From: Eledone cirrhosa
Taxonomy: Eukaryota
Assembly: GCA_964016885.1 (NCBI GenBank)
Contig: OZ024764.1
Span: 23,560,001-23,624,000 of the forward strand
DNA: 64,000 nt
Reading direction: 5' to 3'
Shown piece after piece: positions 25,561-39,117 of the stretch. How positions within the stretch are numbered: the stretch's first letter is position 1; the number at the start of each line of letters is the position of its first letter. Under the pieces are notes generated by a model. That model did no database searches and was not told where the DNA came from. It saw nothing but the letters and a program-made list of their open reading frames with translations. The translations under genes were made by a program, and so were the position numbers.

Positions 25561-25945
25561 AATATCACATGACCTTGACAGAAAAGAGTCTTTTAAAGAC
25601 AACAGAAAGATGTTACATTCAAGTGATATAAACTTGTTTAGTCTGTGGTGAATTATGGTGAAATATTTCTTCTGAATTGAGATAAATAACAACATATTCC
25701 TTTTTCACTGTCTGGAATATTTACAAGATGATTTTACATTCTGATTAAACTTTGGATATTTACAAAGGAGTTTTCAAAATATTTGGATATTGACAAAGAT
25801 CACGTTTGATAAAATTATGAACAATAGAAATATTTACATCAACATAGGAATATTTTCCAGAAGAGATGGGAAAATCATTATACCACTGTAATATTTGTGG
25901 TAAAGTATTCTCTCTTCTTTATATGTAGAACATCTAACTAAACAC
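25561..25945 (+). pseudogene. Decayed older ZNF exon (cassette 2)
   Basis: Homologous to 12205-12590. ATG 25866, MGKSLYHCNICGKVFS. Confidence 0.65.
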
Positions 25946-26056
25946 TTTAACTAACAAACTATTGTGTTATAGAATTGACAAACTTGAGGAATGTTTAACA
26001 AATGTTACAGATTTCTCCAAACTGTCATTTACTAACTTTAATTTGAAGCTATATTA

Positions 26057-26447
26057 TCTATATACTACTAAAACTCTGTGATTGTGTCTTGTCCGTAATT
26101 TAATACAGCTAAAACAGTGCATAATGGTGAAATACTTTGAAAAGAATAAAACAAGTTTTGTATAAAATGGAGCTCAGGTTCCCAAGACACGGGGTTTTCT
26201 GGGTACCTTCATAAATATAGGGAGAGAAAGAGATAGTGGTTGTGAGAGTGAGGAGACCGATGGAAGAGAGAGAGAGAGAGCTGCTGGTGTTGTTTAATAA
26301 AATGTGTGCGTATATATATATACATATGTGTCTATATATATATATATGTCTGTATATTTTAACTACTTGAAAATTATTTTTAATTGAACATGATTTTAAA
26401 ATAATAGTTTTAAGGGAACGTGACCCAACAGATCGCGGGTGGTCTAG
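26057..26447 (+). mobile_element. Complete non-autonomous Helitron (391 bp)
   Basis: A|TCTATATACTACTAAAA 5' end, subterminal imperfect hairpin GTGACCCAACAGATCGC, CTAG|T 3' end. Sits between A and T with no TSD. Confidence 0.75.
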
Positions 26448-26854
26448 TTTGTTACTAAATACTAGATATTAGAGGGTCATGTTGTTCTAGATGTGCTGGA
26501 AGAGCCATTCCATCTCGTGAGGCTCACACCAGCAGCTAGCCACCTCAGCACCTATGGTGGTATATTTATTATATTATTTATTCTTTATCATTAACATTAA
26601 TATAAAAGATAATTATATATTTTTAGAGAAGAACCTCTAACTTCATATAGCTTTGGGCTTCAGTAGGTAAAAGTCTGGCCCTGCTTGTCTTGTATTTTTT
26701 AGGGGAGAAGTTAGGAAATACTGTTATTGTGTGAAAGTTTTCTAAATCTTCTTCAGCCACTAACGTGGAGAAGATATTTCAGTAAGAAGGTTCACGTCCT
26801 GACATCTATAGCTGTTAACAATGAGATTGGAATTCATTATTAAACAAATGTTAT

Positions 26855-27710
26855 ATCATCATCACTGTTTAACATCAGTTTTTCCACGCTGGCATGGGTT
26901 AGACGAGTTATCCTGTTGTAAGCAATGCCAGGTCAGGTGACCACGTGTTGCTCCTACAGAACAAATTTTGGTTTGGTTTCTACAGCTGGATGCCCTTCCT
27001 AGCACCAACCTTAATTACATTGAGTACTGGGTGCATTTTACCATCTTACCATCACGACCACTTTACAGTGTAGGCTGGGTGCTTTTTGTAGTGACACCTA
27101 CATGACCACTTTACAGTGTGGGCTGGTTGCTTTTTGTTGTGACACCTACATGACCACTTTATAGTGTGGACTGGGTACTTTTTGTTGTGACACCAATTCA
27201 AAGTTTTGGCTGGTTACTTTTTGTTGTCACCTACATGACCACTTTACAGTCTTGGCTGGGTGCTTTTTGCTGTGACACCTACGCAACCGCTTTATAGTGT
27301 GGGCTGGTTTCTTTTTGTCATATCACCTACATGACCTGTTTATAGTATTGGCTGTGTGTTCTTTACAGTGTGGGCTGGTTTCTTTTTGTCATATCACCTA
27401 CATGACCACCTTATAATATTGGCTGTGTGTTCTTTACAGTGTGGGCTGGTTTCTTTTTGTCATATCACCTACATGACCACCTTATAATGTTGGCTGTGTG
27501 TTCTTTGTAGTGTGGGCTGGTTTCTTTTTGTCATATCACCTACTTGACCACCTTATAATGTTGACTGTGTGTTCTTTGCAGTGTGGGTTGGGTGCTTTTT
27601 GTCATATCACCTACATGACCAGCTTATAATGTTGATTGTGTGTTCTCTACAGTGTGGGTTGGGTGCTTTTTGTCATATCACCTACCCAACCACTTTGCAG
27701 TGTGGGCAGT
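26855..27710 (-). mobile_element. Antisense RTE 3'UTR or RTE-related SINE with internally amplified ~40-60-bp tandem units
   Basis: (ATC)n tail and reverse complement of AACCCATGCCAGCGTGGAA and AGGAAGGGCATCCAGCTGTAGAAA. Repeated ACCACTTTACAGTGTGGGCTGG units. Shorter version at 46309-46730. Confidence 0.75.
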
Positions 27711-27739
27711 GAAATATCAGTAATGCACCAGCTCCAATA

Positions 27740-28250
27740 TTCAGTAATCAGAAGAAGGGAGGTAGGCATAAAAGCCAAACTTGCTGTCTTCAATTAGCTT
27801 TTTGTGCCAACCCTTACCTATGGTCACATATCTTGGGTAATGACCAAAAGAATATGATTGGGAATACAAGTGGCAGATATGGGATTCCTCTGCAGGGTCT
27901 TTGAAAGAACGTTTCTCAATAAAGTGCATAGCTCTGAGATCAGAGAGTCACTCCAGGTGGAGCTGTTACTTCTCCGAATTGAGAGATCACAGCTGCAATA
28001 CTATAGCCATGTGGTTAGAATGTCTGAGGAAAGAATCACTGGATAGATTTTACAGGCAAAACTAACCGGCAGGAGACCCAGGGGTAGACCTGAGCAAGAT
28101 GGTCACATAACATCCATGAGCTTGGCTGGTCTCTCTGGGAGATCCAGCCACATAAGTTGGAGTGGGTTGCTTCTGACAGGACCTGTTGAAGGGAGTGTTT
28201 GAGGACTCTGCCCCCAAGACCCTCTCTGGAATGAGTGGGTTAATAAGAAG
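27740..28250 (+). mobile_element. Degraded Expander/Rex3-like RTE 3' fragment
   Basis: Reads FVPTLTYGH..QVADMGFL..SSEIRESLQVELLLLRIERSQL..HVVRM..RPRGRP. Confidence 0.7.
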
Positions 28251-28532
28251 AGGTTGAGGTTACATCATCAACATCAGATTTCCCTGCTAGCAAGGGTTTA
28301 ATGAGTCTACTTCAACCAAGTAAGTACTGAAGTGAGGCTACTGATCTCCCAGACAGACCAAGGATCTGAGACTTATTTACATAAGGTCTCATTAGCTACT
28401 GAGTGCACAGAAAAGGTTGTCATGATTGAAGGGTTCTCCGACACTATTGTTGGGCAAGCTTTCTATGGCTAGATGTAGCTTCACATGACCAACCACATTA
28501 CAGCCTGTGTTGGGTGTGTTTATCATGTAGGT

Positions 28533-30559
28533 GAGACATAACAAACTGAGGGTTCCCCAAGGGCCACATAGGTCACGTGTTGTCTGAGGGTTGCACACTG
28601 CAACTAATTATGTACACGACAACTAATTAGTCATTTAATAAAATATATTGCAGAAAGATTTGTTACTTAAATTTAGAAACATACAATGTACATACAAATG
28701 TTTTAGCAACATTCATGAATACAAAGTAATGAAGTAGTTTGACAAAAAACTAAAATTTCACATGTCAACATATACTTGCAGATTGTAACAGCAACAAATA
28801 CATTGTACACAAATAACAACAGTTGAAAACTGAACATTTATTTGCTACTATTCAACCATTTTTAGTCTTTTGTGCTGAGGCTTGACACTTCTTTCTGTTG
28901 ACTATTTTTGGTATATCTGGCTGAAATGTCTGTACAGTTCCAACTTTAATCAGAGATGACAAGTGTTGATCTGTCAGCCTTGTTCTCTGAGAAGTTTTTG
29001 TTAAGCAAAGTACAGACTCAGTATGGGCAGTGATTTTCAGCTCTTTTCACATAAGAAAATGAATTAAATTTTCATCTGACAACGGAGACTTCCATAAGCT
29101 AACTTTTCTAATGAAGAACTTGATGTCATCATACAACTGAGTGATGGGTTTGTTTTTACCTTGTAATTTCAAATTAAGATCAGTTAATCGTGCAGTAATA
29201 TCCACAAATAAAGCCAGATGTTGGAGCCAACTTTCATCTTTTATTTCACCTGTGTTTTGACCTTTCATCTCCAAAAACATAATTATTTCAACAAATAGAA
29301 TTTTTTCAGCACTTTGTGACATGTCAACCAGCAGACTTCTGTGTAGAATGGAACATCGGTGAACTGATTATCCATATCTTCCAACAACTGGCTGAACTGA
29401 CGGTGGTTGAGAGCATGGCCTCTGATTTAGTTCACTGTCTTTGTGACCAAGCTAAGCACATGATGCAATTTTAAAATCTTTGAACATAAATTTTGCTGAA
29501 ATGTGCAAATGATGAATCTAAATATGAGTTTTCTATTTTTGTTTGTAACTTGGCAGCAACACCATTATGTCTACCAACCATATTTGCAGCACTGTCAGTA
29601 GATAAACATGAAAATTTACTCAGATCAAAACCATGTAGACCCTGCTTGACCTTCTCAAAGATGTCCTGGCTTGTTATAGTGTCATGCATGGGGACCAGTT
29701 CAATCAGTTCTTCATAAATATTAAATTCACTGTCACAGGCCCTGATGAAGAATGCAAGCTGTACTATTCCAGTGATGTCAACAGTCTCTTCAATAGCAAT
29801 ATAAACATGTTCAAACCTTGATGATACAGCCTTTAACTGTTGTTTCAGATCACCTGACATTTCATTAATCTGTTCAGCAACAGTGTTCCTGGTTAATGAA
29901 ATGTCTTTGAATAACTCTGCTTTCTCTGGACAATTTCAGCTGTTTTTACAAGACATTGCTTTACAAAATCTCCTTCACTCTAAGATTTCCCACTCATGGC
30001 AATCATTCGACTGAGTTCATAGCTGGCAGTAACAGAAGTGACATCCTCTTCCTGAATTAACATAAAACAGGTCTGTTGCTGTGTCAAGTTAGACTTCAAT
30101 TCCTTGAGTCTTGAAACACACACTGGGCCTTCATATTTATTGTAAGATTGATGGTTTATTTCATAATGTCTTTTTAAATTGTACTCTTTTGGCGTGGAGA
30201 TGTAGTTGTTGCAAATTAAACAGTGTATCTTTCTGTTCACCATTGGGCAAAAATACTGTATTTCCCACTTTTCTTGAAACACTTGAACTTCTTCGTTCAA
30301 TTTCCTTTTTCTCTTAGCTGGAGGAGCACTAACCATTTCAAAAACAAAATCTTTTGAAATTTTGAAAGAAAGTTTTCTGTTAATGAGCTGCACGTGATTA
30401 ATGGAAGTTAAAAGTAGTTGACAAAATTTGCACAAAAAAAATAATTGTATCGAAAATGTTTTACATTTTATATTACGAAAATGAAACATGCTCGCACTGT
30501 AAAAACCTTAGTGTGGGCCGCAGGTTTGCTTGCAAAGGGCCGCATGTTTGACATGTCTG
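28533..30559 (-). mobile_element. hAT (Buster/Charlie-like) transposon, segmental duplicate of 13237-15282
   Basis: Same TSD ATGTAGGT (28525-28532, 30560-30567) and same flanks. Confidence 0.92.
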
Positions 30560-31353
30560 ATGTAGGTTACCAACACTAGGGAGGGCAGCATGTCCATCAG
30601 TGTCTTCTGCTACATTAACTACCTGACACAAAGACTACATTTCAAAGAAGGGTCATAAAACAACTAAATATAAAAGTACCCACAGCAACAAGCAAATAAT
30701 TGAACTTTGGGTCTAGGTCAAGGGGCAGAAGTGCTGCGCCCTGTGGATAAGACTGCAAAAGTATTCGCCCCGGGCGATGGACAGTGACACCCACTGCAAC
30801 AGCCACCCCAACCTCATGGGACTCCCTCTTCAGAAGGGCCACCAACGTTCTGATCTTACAGAGGAGCTTGGCAGTACGGGGTCCAAGTACTTCTGAGGTC
30901 TCGATGGTGACCGGTGTGAAGAGACCTACAATTGATGTCATCCCAGTTATGTTGGACTGTAATATACTGGGGTATAGAGAGGCCTTAGACTGTCTCAGCC
31001 GGGCCACCCAGGGTTGTGTCATCTAGGTACCAGACAGGGGTAACTAGACCATGTTGTCAACTGTCAACACCAATAGGAGTGACGCGACTGGGTCCCCATG
31101 CTAGACACCATATATAAAACGTATTTGCTAATTACTTTAGTGAATAATTTGTTTCATACGTAATTATTACTTTTAACACAATAGGATTTTGTACATGTGT
31201 TTGTTTGAAAACATCTTTCAAAGAAGTATGAGACAGTCTTTTGTCGTGTTTATTATAATAAATTACTGTATGTTGAGCTGTTTTAACTTCTCCACCTTCT
31301 ATTATTTTATAATGTTTTTGTAAAAAAACGATATCTTTTTCATATATATATAT

Positions 31354-31572
31354 GAAGGCGTGTGGCTGAGTGGTTATAGAATTGGATTCGGAATTGTGAG
31401 GTTGTGAGTTCGATTCTCAGACTAGGCGATGCGTTATATACTTGAGCAAGACATTTTATTTCACGTTGCTCCTTCTACCTGGAGTTGCGACCGATAGATA
31501 GTATTAGTAATTGGAAAGACCAATGGAAACATTGTTTCCTCGGTCCGATTTGACGAAAAGTCGATCATAAAA
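31354..31572 (+). mobile_element. tRNA-derived SINE, duplicate of 16091-16300
   Basis: A and B boxes, same flanks. Confidence 0.8.
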
Positions 31573-31685
31573 AATATATATATAGAGAGAGAGAGAGAAA
31601 CACACAAACGTACACTACTGTATTAAATATGTAAGGGGCGACAACTCTCGTTACATCCACCCTTCTTTTTGATATACGTTCTTTA

Positions 31686-33002
31686 AATAATAATAATAAT
31701 GAAATTATTGTGTACAGTGCTCAGGTGCACTACAACTCATCAAAGGTGCATGTATAGTACATAGAATAATGTACAAATGTCAGGAAAATAAACAGTGTAT
31801 GAGTCATGATATAATAACAATAACAATAATGAAATATTGTGCACAGTGCCCAGGTGCACCACAACCCATCAAAAAAGTGCATGTACAGTACATAGGGCAA
31901 TGCACAAACATCAGTAAAATGAACAGTGCACACATGTGTGCATGTGTATGGAAGGGGCACATCAGGTGTAGTTTTGGCGTATTTCGGGAAGCATGAGTGT
32001 CTTAAAGGATGCAGTGTCTCGGCAGCTAACAATTGACGCAGGCAGTTTGTTCCATGTTTCAGCAACTCTGAGCGTGAAAAAATGTCTGCGAAAGTCATGG
32101 GAGCTGTGCTGTTTTCTTATCTTGTAGGCATGTCCACGTGTGTTAGATACATGGAGATCAAAGAGGCGCTCAGGGTTGCAGTTGGCGAGATGGTTAAAAA
32201 CTTTGTGGGTATTCACCAAGTCCACTGCCAGACGTCGGAGCTTCAATGAATCCATGCCCAGGGAAGCAAGGCGTTCAGAGTATGGTAGGTGTCTGATGGA
32301 GGGTATGCGCTTGGTTGCACGTCTCTGAACAGTTTCCAGGAGGTCAATGTTCCGAGCAAGATAGGGGTTCCAGACTGATGATGCGAATTCCAAGTGTGGT
32401 CGCACCATAGCTGTATACAGTTTTAAATAGATGGCTGGAGAGCGGCTAACAAAGGTCTTGCTGAGTGATGCCAAGACACCCTCGGCCTTCTTGACAATCT
32501 TAGAGACATGCTTTGTCCAACGCAAATCGTTGCTGACAGTGATGCCCAGGTCACGTTCACAAGAGGACTTTTTGATGTCAGTGTTGTGGAGGGAGTATGT
32601 GGACGCTGGATTTTTCCTTCCAAAATGCATGGTGGTACACTTGTCCACAGCCAGCTTCAGTTGCCAGTCTGTGATCCATTGCTGCATTGTGTCCAGGTCT
32701 GATTGTAGGAAAGAGTTGTAAATTTCAGGATCAGTCCTTTTGATTTCAAGGTACAGCTTGATGTCATCTGCATATTTTAGTACCGTGTCATTCTGTAAGT
32801 TGGCATCTATGTCATTAATATATGCCACAAACAAAAGAGGACCAAGAACAGATCCCTGTGGTACACCAGATGACATCTCATATGGTGAAGAATGCTGTCC
32901 TAGAACTGTGACTACTTCCTTTCGGCTGAGAATGAAGGATTTCAGCCAGTCGAAAAGATCATCCCTCACACCCATTGCAGAGAGTTTTGCCATAAGTCTT
33001 TT
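31686..33002 (-). mobile_element. 5'-truncated CR1-clade LINE with intact RT C-terminal ORF and (ATT)n tail
   Basis: ORF 31962-33017 has SGVPQGSVLGPLLF, YADD, ERDLG, VRPHLEFASSVWNPY, VQRRATK and RGH..K..FFTLRV..WNKLP. Absent at the equivalent sites near 16420 and 52968. Confidence 0.92.
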
Positions 33003-34073
33003 AGATACTTTGTACAATAGAACCTGCTTTATTTTGTGTCCTAAGTAGATTTCTGTTTAAGTATTTACGAGATTCACAATGATTCACGTAACCAAGTTAC
33101 TTACATAGAGATATATTTCACATAGAATCACAACAAATGAAAATATTAAGTCAACACTCTGTCAATCAGTCTCACATCACATGGGGTGCCGGAGTCTCCT
33201 TCTAATTCTTTCTGAGACAGTCTTACCTCGAGTGATAGCAAGGCTAAGATGTTGGAACTACCAAACACCCTCATATGTATCATCTGACACCTCGGTAAGG
33301 AGAGCTGCCAACGATAACAAGAACCTCGTTGTCAGGGACCTATCTCCTCCAAACTTCTCCAACACCACAGACTAGAATATTCTACTCTTTATTCCCTATC
33401 AAATATATTTCAGTCTAGTCATTTATCTTGTATCTTGTATATGTATTTTCAAAACTAACTGTCACATTTGTGAGACCCCAGTTAGTGATGTTTTCGTCTC
33501 CATCCTACATGCTGTAGTAAAAGTGAGGGTCACTGCTTCTGTAGACGAACGAAATAAAAGTTAAACTACCAGTAATTATCGGCAAAGTATTTATTCCAGT
33601 CTGTGATGTTTGAGAAGCTGGGCTGCTGACAACGAAGTTGTGGTCACTGTTGGCGGCTGGCTTTACCGAAGTACCCGATGACTCTTGTGAGGGTACTTAG
33701 CTGTTTGGGTGGTTTAGCCTCCATGACATGATTTTACTGAGATACCCGGTGATCTCTGTCAGTGTACTTAGCTGTTCTGGCGGTTTAGCCTCCACATGAC
33801 ATGATTTTACCGAGATACCCGGTGATCTCAGTCAAGGTACTTAGCTGTTCTGGTAGCTTAGCCTCCATATGACCCGATCTTACCGAGATACCCGGCGATC
33901 TCTGTCAGGGTACTTAGCTGTTCTAGCAACTTAGCCCCCATATGACCCGATCTTACCGAAGTACCCGGTGATCTCTGTAAGAGTACTTAGCTGTTATATT
34001 TTAATTACATTTACTGATTTAAACTTTCATTTTTTATATGACAAACTTTACATAATTTAATTCCGTAAAAATA

Positions 34074-34209
34074 TTTTACGTCACAAAAAAAACCTTGATG
34101 CATGCGCAGTGGTGCAGTTGTCGACTTCCTGTCCACGTGTTAGTCTTCCTACAACATCATTTAGAAAACATTTCTGTAAATACTAAACACCTGAGACTAT
34201 AATGTAAGT
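34074..34209 (+). promoter_or_regulatory. Putative promoter, non-coding exon 1 and donor of ZNF copy 3
   Basis: TTACGTCA, TGCATGCGCA 34099, ACTTCCTG 34124, CACGTG 34134, GTAAGT 34204. Confidence 0.65.
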
Positions 34210-34740
34210 ATTATGTCTATTAATATTGTAGATTTAAGCTCACTTTTCACATCACAAATATATATTTTATTGTTTGTTTCATTACTGGAAATATAAAATG
34301 TTATCGTAATTATCTATATTTTACCTACCTCTAATTAATTAAAGTGAAAACTTTTGTTGTTGCTGAAAAATAAATTAACAAAACTAAATATTTAAATATT
34401 CTAAAGGTCGTTTTTATAGTATGTGATGATATAATTAATATATTTTATTACAATTGTATAAATTTACAGTAGAATAACGTTGTAAATATGTTTTAAATAT
34501 ATACATAAATAACATAAGTGTGTAAATAACATTATAAATTGCTGGCAATTCCTTGAGAAAGACATTACAAATATATTGTCTAAACTGTGTATAATAATAT
34601 AATTTATTGAACAATAATGATAAAGGAAAGAAAAACACAGTGGGAGATGGCAGTTCACCACCAGGTGTGATAATAGGCCACATCTCCCACCTTAGGGGTT
34701 AACTACACACTTAGAGGCAAGCCAACACACTGGCAGCATT

Positions 34741-34958
34741 ACTAAGGTGTTGAAATAACCAGGTACCCCCACGGGTATCACCTGGTACCTCGGTAAGGCG
34801 AGGCTAAGGTGTTGAAATAACCAGGTACCCTCACGGGTATCACCTGACACCTCGGTAAGGTGAGGCTAAGGGGCTGAAATAACCAGGTACCCTCACGGGT
34901 ATCACCTGACACCTTGGTAAGGTGAGTCTAAGGGGCTGAAATAACCAGGTACCCTCAC
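34741..34958 (+). repeat. 62-bp minisatellite, about 3.5 units
   Basis: GAAATAACC at 34752, 34814, 34876 and 34938. Confidence 0.9.
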
Positions 34959-35715
34959 GGAAACGACTAGATTTGTAGAAAAAGTAGGGTGAAAGTATAC
35001 GAAGAGATGTAGTTTCACAGATCTACTCACACCTCACGTTGGGTGGGAAATAATTATTTTTCTCAGATTTTTTTCTAGACCCCTTTTCAATGTTTTCTCT
35101 GAACCCCTTAGATACTTGCAATAGACGTTTTATTCCCCAGTATTAGGGTTAGGGTTTCCGTTTTCAGGAAGAAAAGTCGATTGCAAACATCTAAGAGGTC
35201 GAGAAAAATTATAAGGAAAGATAATTATTTCCCAGCCAACTGGAGAAGTGTGTAGCTCTTCTAAACTCTGATAATCCTGTCTCCCACTTTTTATCTACAA
35301 ATCTAGTCGTTTCCTGCTACTTTGAAGGCCCTATTTATTGATAACACCACTTGTAAATCTTTGTCAACTTTTCATACGTAAATTGTGAATCAGTTATTTT
35401 TAAACAAACTATCAAAGAAGTGATCTCCCAGTAACTGTGTTTGATTTAATCAACTTATTCCCCCCAAACATTGTCTACCTTGTGTCTCAATCAGAAACTA
35501 TTATAAGATCTTAAATCAACCTCGTAAAGATGAAGGGCAAAGCTAACCACGGCGGGATTTCAACCCTTTATGTTATGAGTTCAAATCCCACCAAAGTTAA
35601 CTTTGTCTTTCATTCTAACGGAGTGGATAAATTAAAGTTCCAGTAATCTACTGGGGTCTGAGATATTAACGTTTGAGTAGATTCTATCTTTTGTGTGTTT
35701 GTATTTATAATCTTA

Positions 35716-35821
35716 CTAGAAACCCTGTGACCTGTTGCGTCACGTTCCCTTTAAAAATAATATTTAAATAATTAAAATATACACAGACATGTATATAATG
35801 TAAAATGAAATTAGTAGGCCC

Positions 35822-35864
<43 letters not shown>

Positions 35865-35886
35865 TGTGTGTGTATATATATATATA

Positions 35887-35953
<67 letters not shown>

Positions 35954-38900
35954 ACAGCGACGGCTTCAATAGAGTACATGGAGGCCATGGAGTTGGCACA
36001 AGGAATGAGGAAGGATTCAGATTTCTAGAATTCTGCGACGCCAATGATATGTCGATATGTAACACAAACTTTAAAAAACCCGACAACCACCTGATCACCT
36101 ATAGATCAGGGGAGCATTCTAGTCAGTTAGATTTTATCCTCATCAGAGGACGTGACAGATGGACGGTCGTAAACACAAAAGCCTTCCCTAGTGAGGAATG
36201 TACATCCCAACATAGCTTAGTTGTCAGCGACCTCACGGTCAGAACTAGACGAACCCGGAAACAGAGGCCAACCTGGAGAAGAAAGATTTGGAAGCTGAAA
36301 GTCCCCTCAACCAGTAACAGATTTAAAGATATTTTACTCAACGCCTACGACAGAAAAGAAGAACAGATAGAGACATTTAACGTAGAAGAGAACTGGGAGT
36401 TCCTATAAAATAACTTACTAAAGGTGACGGATGAGATCTGTGGCTGGAGTAAGACCTCAAGCAGGAGGAGAGTGACTTGGTGGTGGAACAATAAGGTAGA
36501 TGAAGCAGTTAAGGCCAAGAGACAGGCATGGAAAGAATGGAAGAACGGGGGGAGCAGAGTACATTACATAGAGACCAAGAGGGAAGCTAGGCGACAAGTA
36601 TACTTAGCTAGGAGGGAAGCAGAGGATAGAAAATTCAAGCATGTTTTACAACGTGGGGACCAGAAACAGGAGGTATTCAAGATTGCGAAGCAGTGTGTCA
36701 GAGATAGTTGTGATGTCATTGGAGAGAAGTGTATCCGGAATGATAAAGGTGAGCTTGCCCTCACAAGTGCTGAGAAGAAAGATGCATGGAAGAGTCATTA
36801 TGATAGATTACTAAATGAGGAGAATGCATGGGAAGAAGAGACCCTACCCCAAGTAGACCCTATAGAGGGACCAGCAGTACAAGTCAGCAGCAGCGTAGTA
36901 AGTAAGGCAATCAAAGATATGAAGATGGGGAAGGCAACCGGTCCATCGGGTATAGCTGCCGAGATGCTGAAGGCATCTGGGTCTGTAGGTCACACTATAA
37001 CCACACGTATCGTTAACCAGGTAATACTAGAAGGGGCCATACCAAAAGACTGGTGCAGTAGCATCATTGTCAACTGCTACAAAGGTAAAGGCGATGCACT
37101 AGATAGAGGAAACTATAGAGGTATGAAGTTGATGGACCAGGTTATGAAAGTAACAGAAAGAGTTATAGCACAGCTGATTAGGGACCAGGTGAAAATAGAC
37201 GAGATGCAATTTGGGTTTGTACCAGGAAGAGGCACCACTGATGCCCTCTTCCTTGTGAGGCAATTACAGGAAAAGTACCTAGCTAAAAGTAAGCCACTCT
37301 ACTTGGCATTTGTCGACCTTGAGAAAGCCTTTGACAGAGTTCCACGTGTTGTAATCTGGTGGGCTCTTAGAAAACTAGGAGTAGATGAATGGCTCGTGAA
37401 AGCGGTACAAGCCATGTATAGGGGAGCAGTCAGCAATGTTAGGATTAGCAATGAGTATAGCGAGGAATTTAGCGTACAGGTTGGGGTCCACCAAGGCTCT
37501 GTTCTTAGCCCTCTCCTGTTCATCATAGTCCTGCAGGCAATAACGGAGGAGTTTAAGACCGGATGCCCATGGGAACTCCTGTATGCTGATGACCTCGCAC
37601 TCATAGCTGAATCTATGGTAGAATTAGAGAATAAATTCCAAACCTGGAAGCAGGGACTAGAAAGAAAGGGTCTCAAAGTCAACATGACAAAGACTAAGGT
37701 CCTTGTAAGTAGACGAGAAAACAGAACCCAGATCCCCTCAGGGAAATGGCCTTGTTCAGTATGTAGGAAAGGTGTAGGTAGGAACTCCATTCTCTGCTCC
37801 AAATGCAAACAATGGGTACACAAGAGATGTAGCGGGATCTCAGGAAGCTTAATTAAGAATGTAGGATTCACATGCAGCAGCAGTGCTGAAACAGCAAGCA
37901 GCAAACAGCCACAGGAAACAAGTACCACCAATCTCTGGGAGGGCCCTGTAGAAACAGTAGACAGCTTCTGCTACCTAGGTGACCGAATTAGCAACGGAGG
38001 TGGGTGTTCAGAAAGTACAATAACTAGGGTAAGAACGGGATGGAAGAAGTTTAGGGAACTACTACCACTGCTAGCTGCAAAAGGCTTCTCCCTCAGAATG
38101 AAAGGCAGACTGTATGATGCGTGTATCCGAACAGTGATGTTGCATGGTAGTGAGACCTGGGCGCTGAAGGTGGAAGACTTACGTAGATTAGAGAGAAACG
38201 AAGCCTGCATGCTCCGATGGATGTGTAACAGTAATATACGTGAACGACAAAGCATAAATGAATTGAGAGAGAGACTGAGCATAAGAGGAATCAAATGCTG
38301 TGTGCAGGAGAGGCGGTTGCGCTGGTATGGACATGTGATGCGTATGGAGGATGACAGCTGCATAAAAAGGTGCAGAGCACTAGAAGTTGATGGAAACCGC
38401 GGAGTGGGGAAACCCAAGATGACCTGGGATGAGGTGATAAAAGCCGACCTTACCCAATTACACCTCTCAAAGACAATGACACACGACCGTGACTTCTGGC
38501 GTCACGCAGTAATACAGAGTACCCAACCTCCCATGGGTACAAGCTGAAGCATATAGACAATATGCCCCCACACCCCCCACTATAAAGTGGTCGTGGAGGT
38601 GCCACAGCAAAAAAAGCACCCAGCCCACACTGTAAAGTGGACGTGTAGGCGCCACGAAAAAGCACCCAGCACTCACTGTAAATGAGGTTGGTGTTAGGAA
38701 GGGCATCCAGCTGTAGAAATCAAGCCAGATCAGTTCCTGTATGAGCAAGGCATGGTCAGCCGACCAGACACTGCACACAACAGGACAACCCGTCTAACCC
38801 ATGCTAGCGTGGAAGAACGGACGTAAAACGGTGATGATGATGATGATGATACACACGTCACTTGTTATAATTTTATAACTTTGTTCAACAGCACCACCAG

Positions 38901-39117
38901 CTATCTCTCTCACACACACCCATTATCTTTCTCTCTCTATTACCAGAAAAACCCCATATCTCGGGAACCTGTGCATTGATTTACGTGAAACTTATTTTAT
39001 CCCATTTGTATTCCCATTTCAGGGTCAACTTCCTTTCAAACTATTTTCCCATTATGCCCCGTTTTGGCTGTATTACATTACAGACAAGACACAATCACAG
39101 AGTTTTAGGTTTATAAT
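35716..39117 (-). mobile_element. Intronic Helitron split by an RTE insertion
   Basis: CTAG at 35716 with hairpin. The body resumes at 38851 (ACACACGTCACTTG). Confidence 0.65.
35951..38850 (+). mobile_element. Young RTE LINE (family A), 5'-truncated within APE, one in-frame stop
   Basis: ORFs 35860-36408 and 36424-38547 are in the same frame, separated by one TAA. Near-identical to 243-2061. (GAT)n tail. Inserted in (TA)n. Confidence 0.95.

Noticed and set aside
35764-36098. YIYI/CVCV-rich short ORFs (also 3148-3448, 17472-17860)
   Set aside because: Translations of (TA)n and (TG)n microsatellites.
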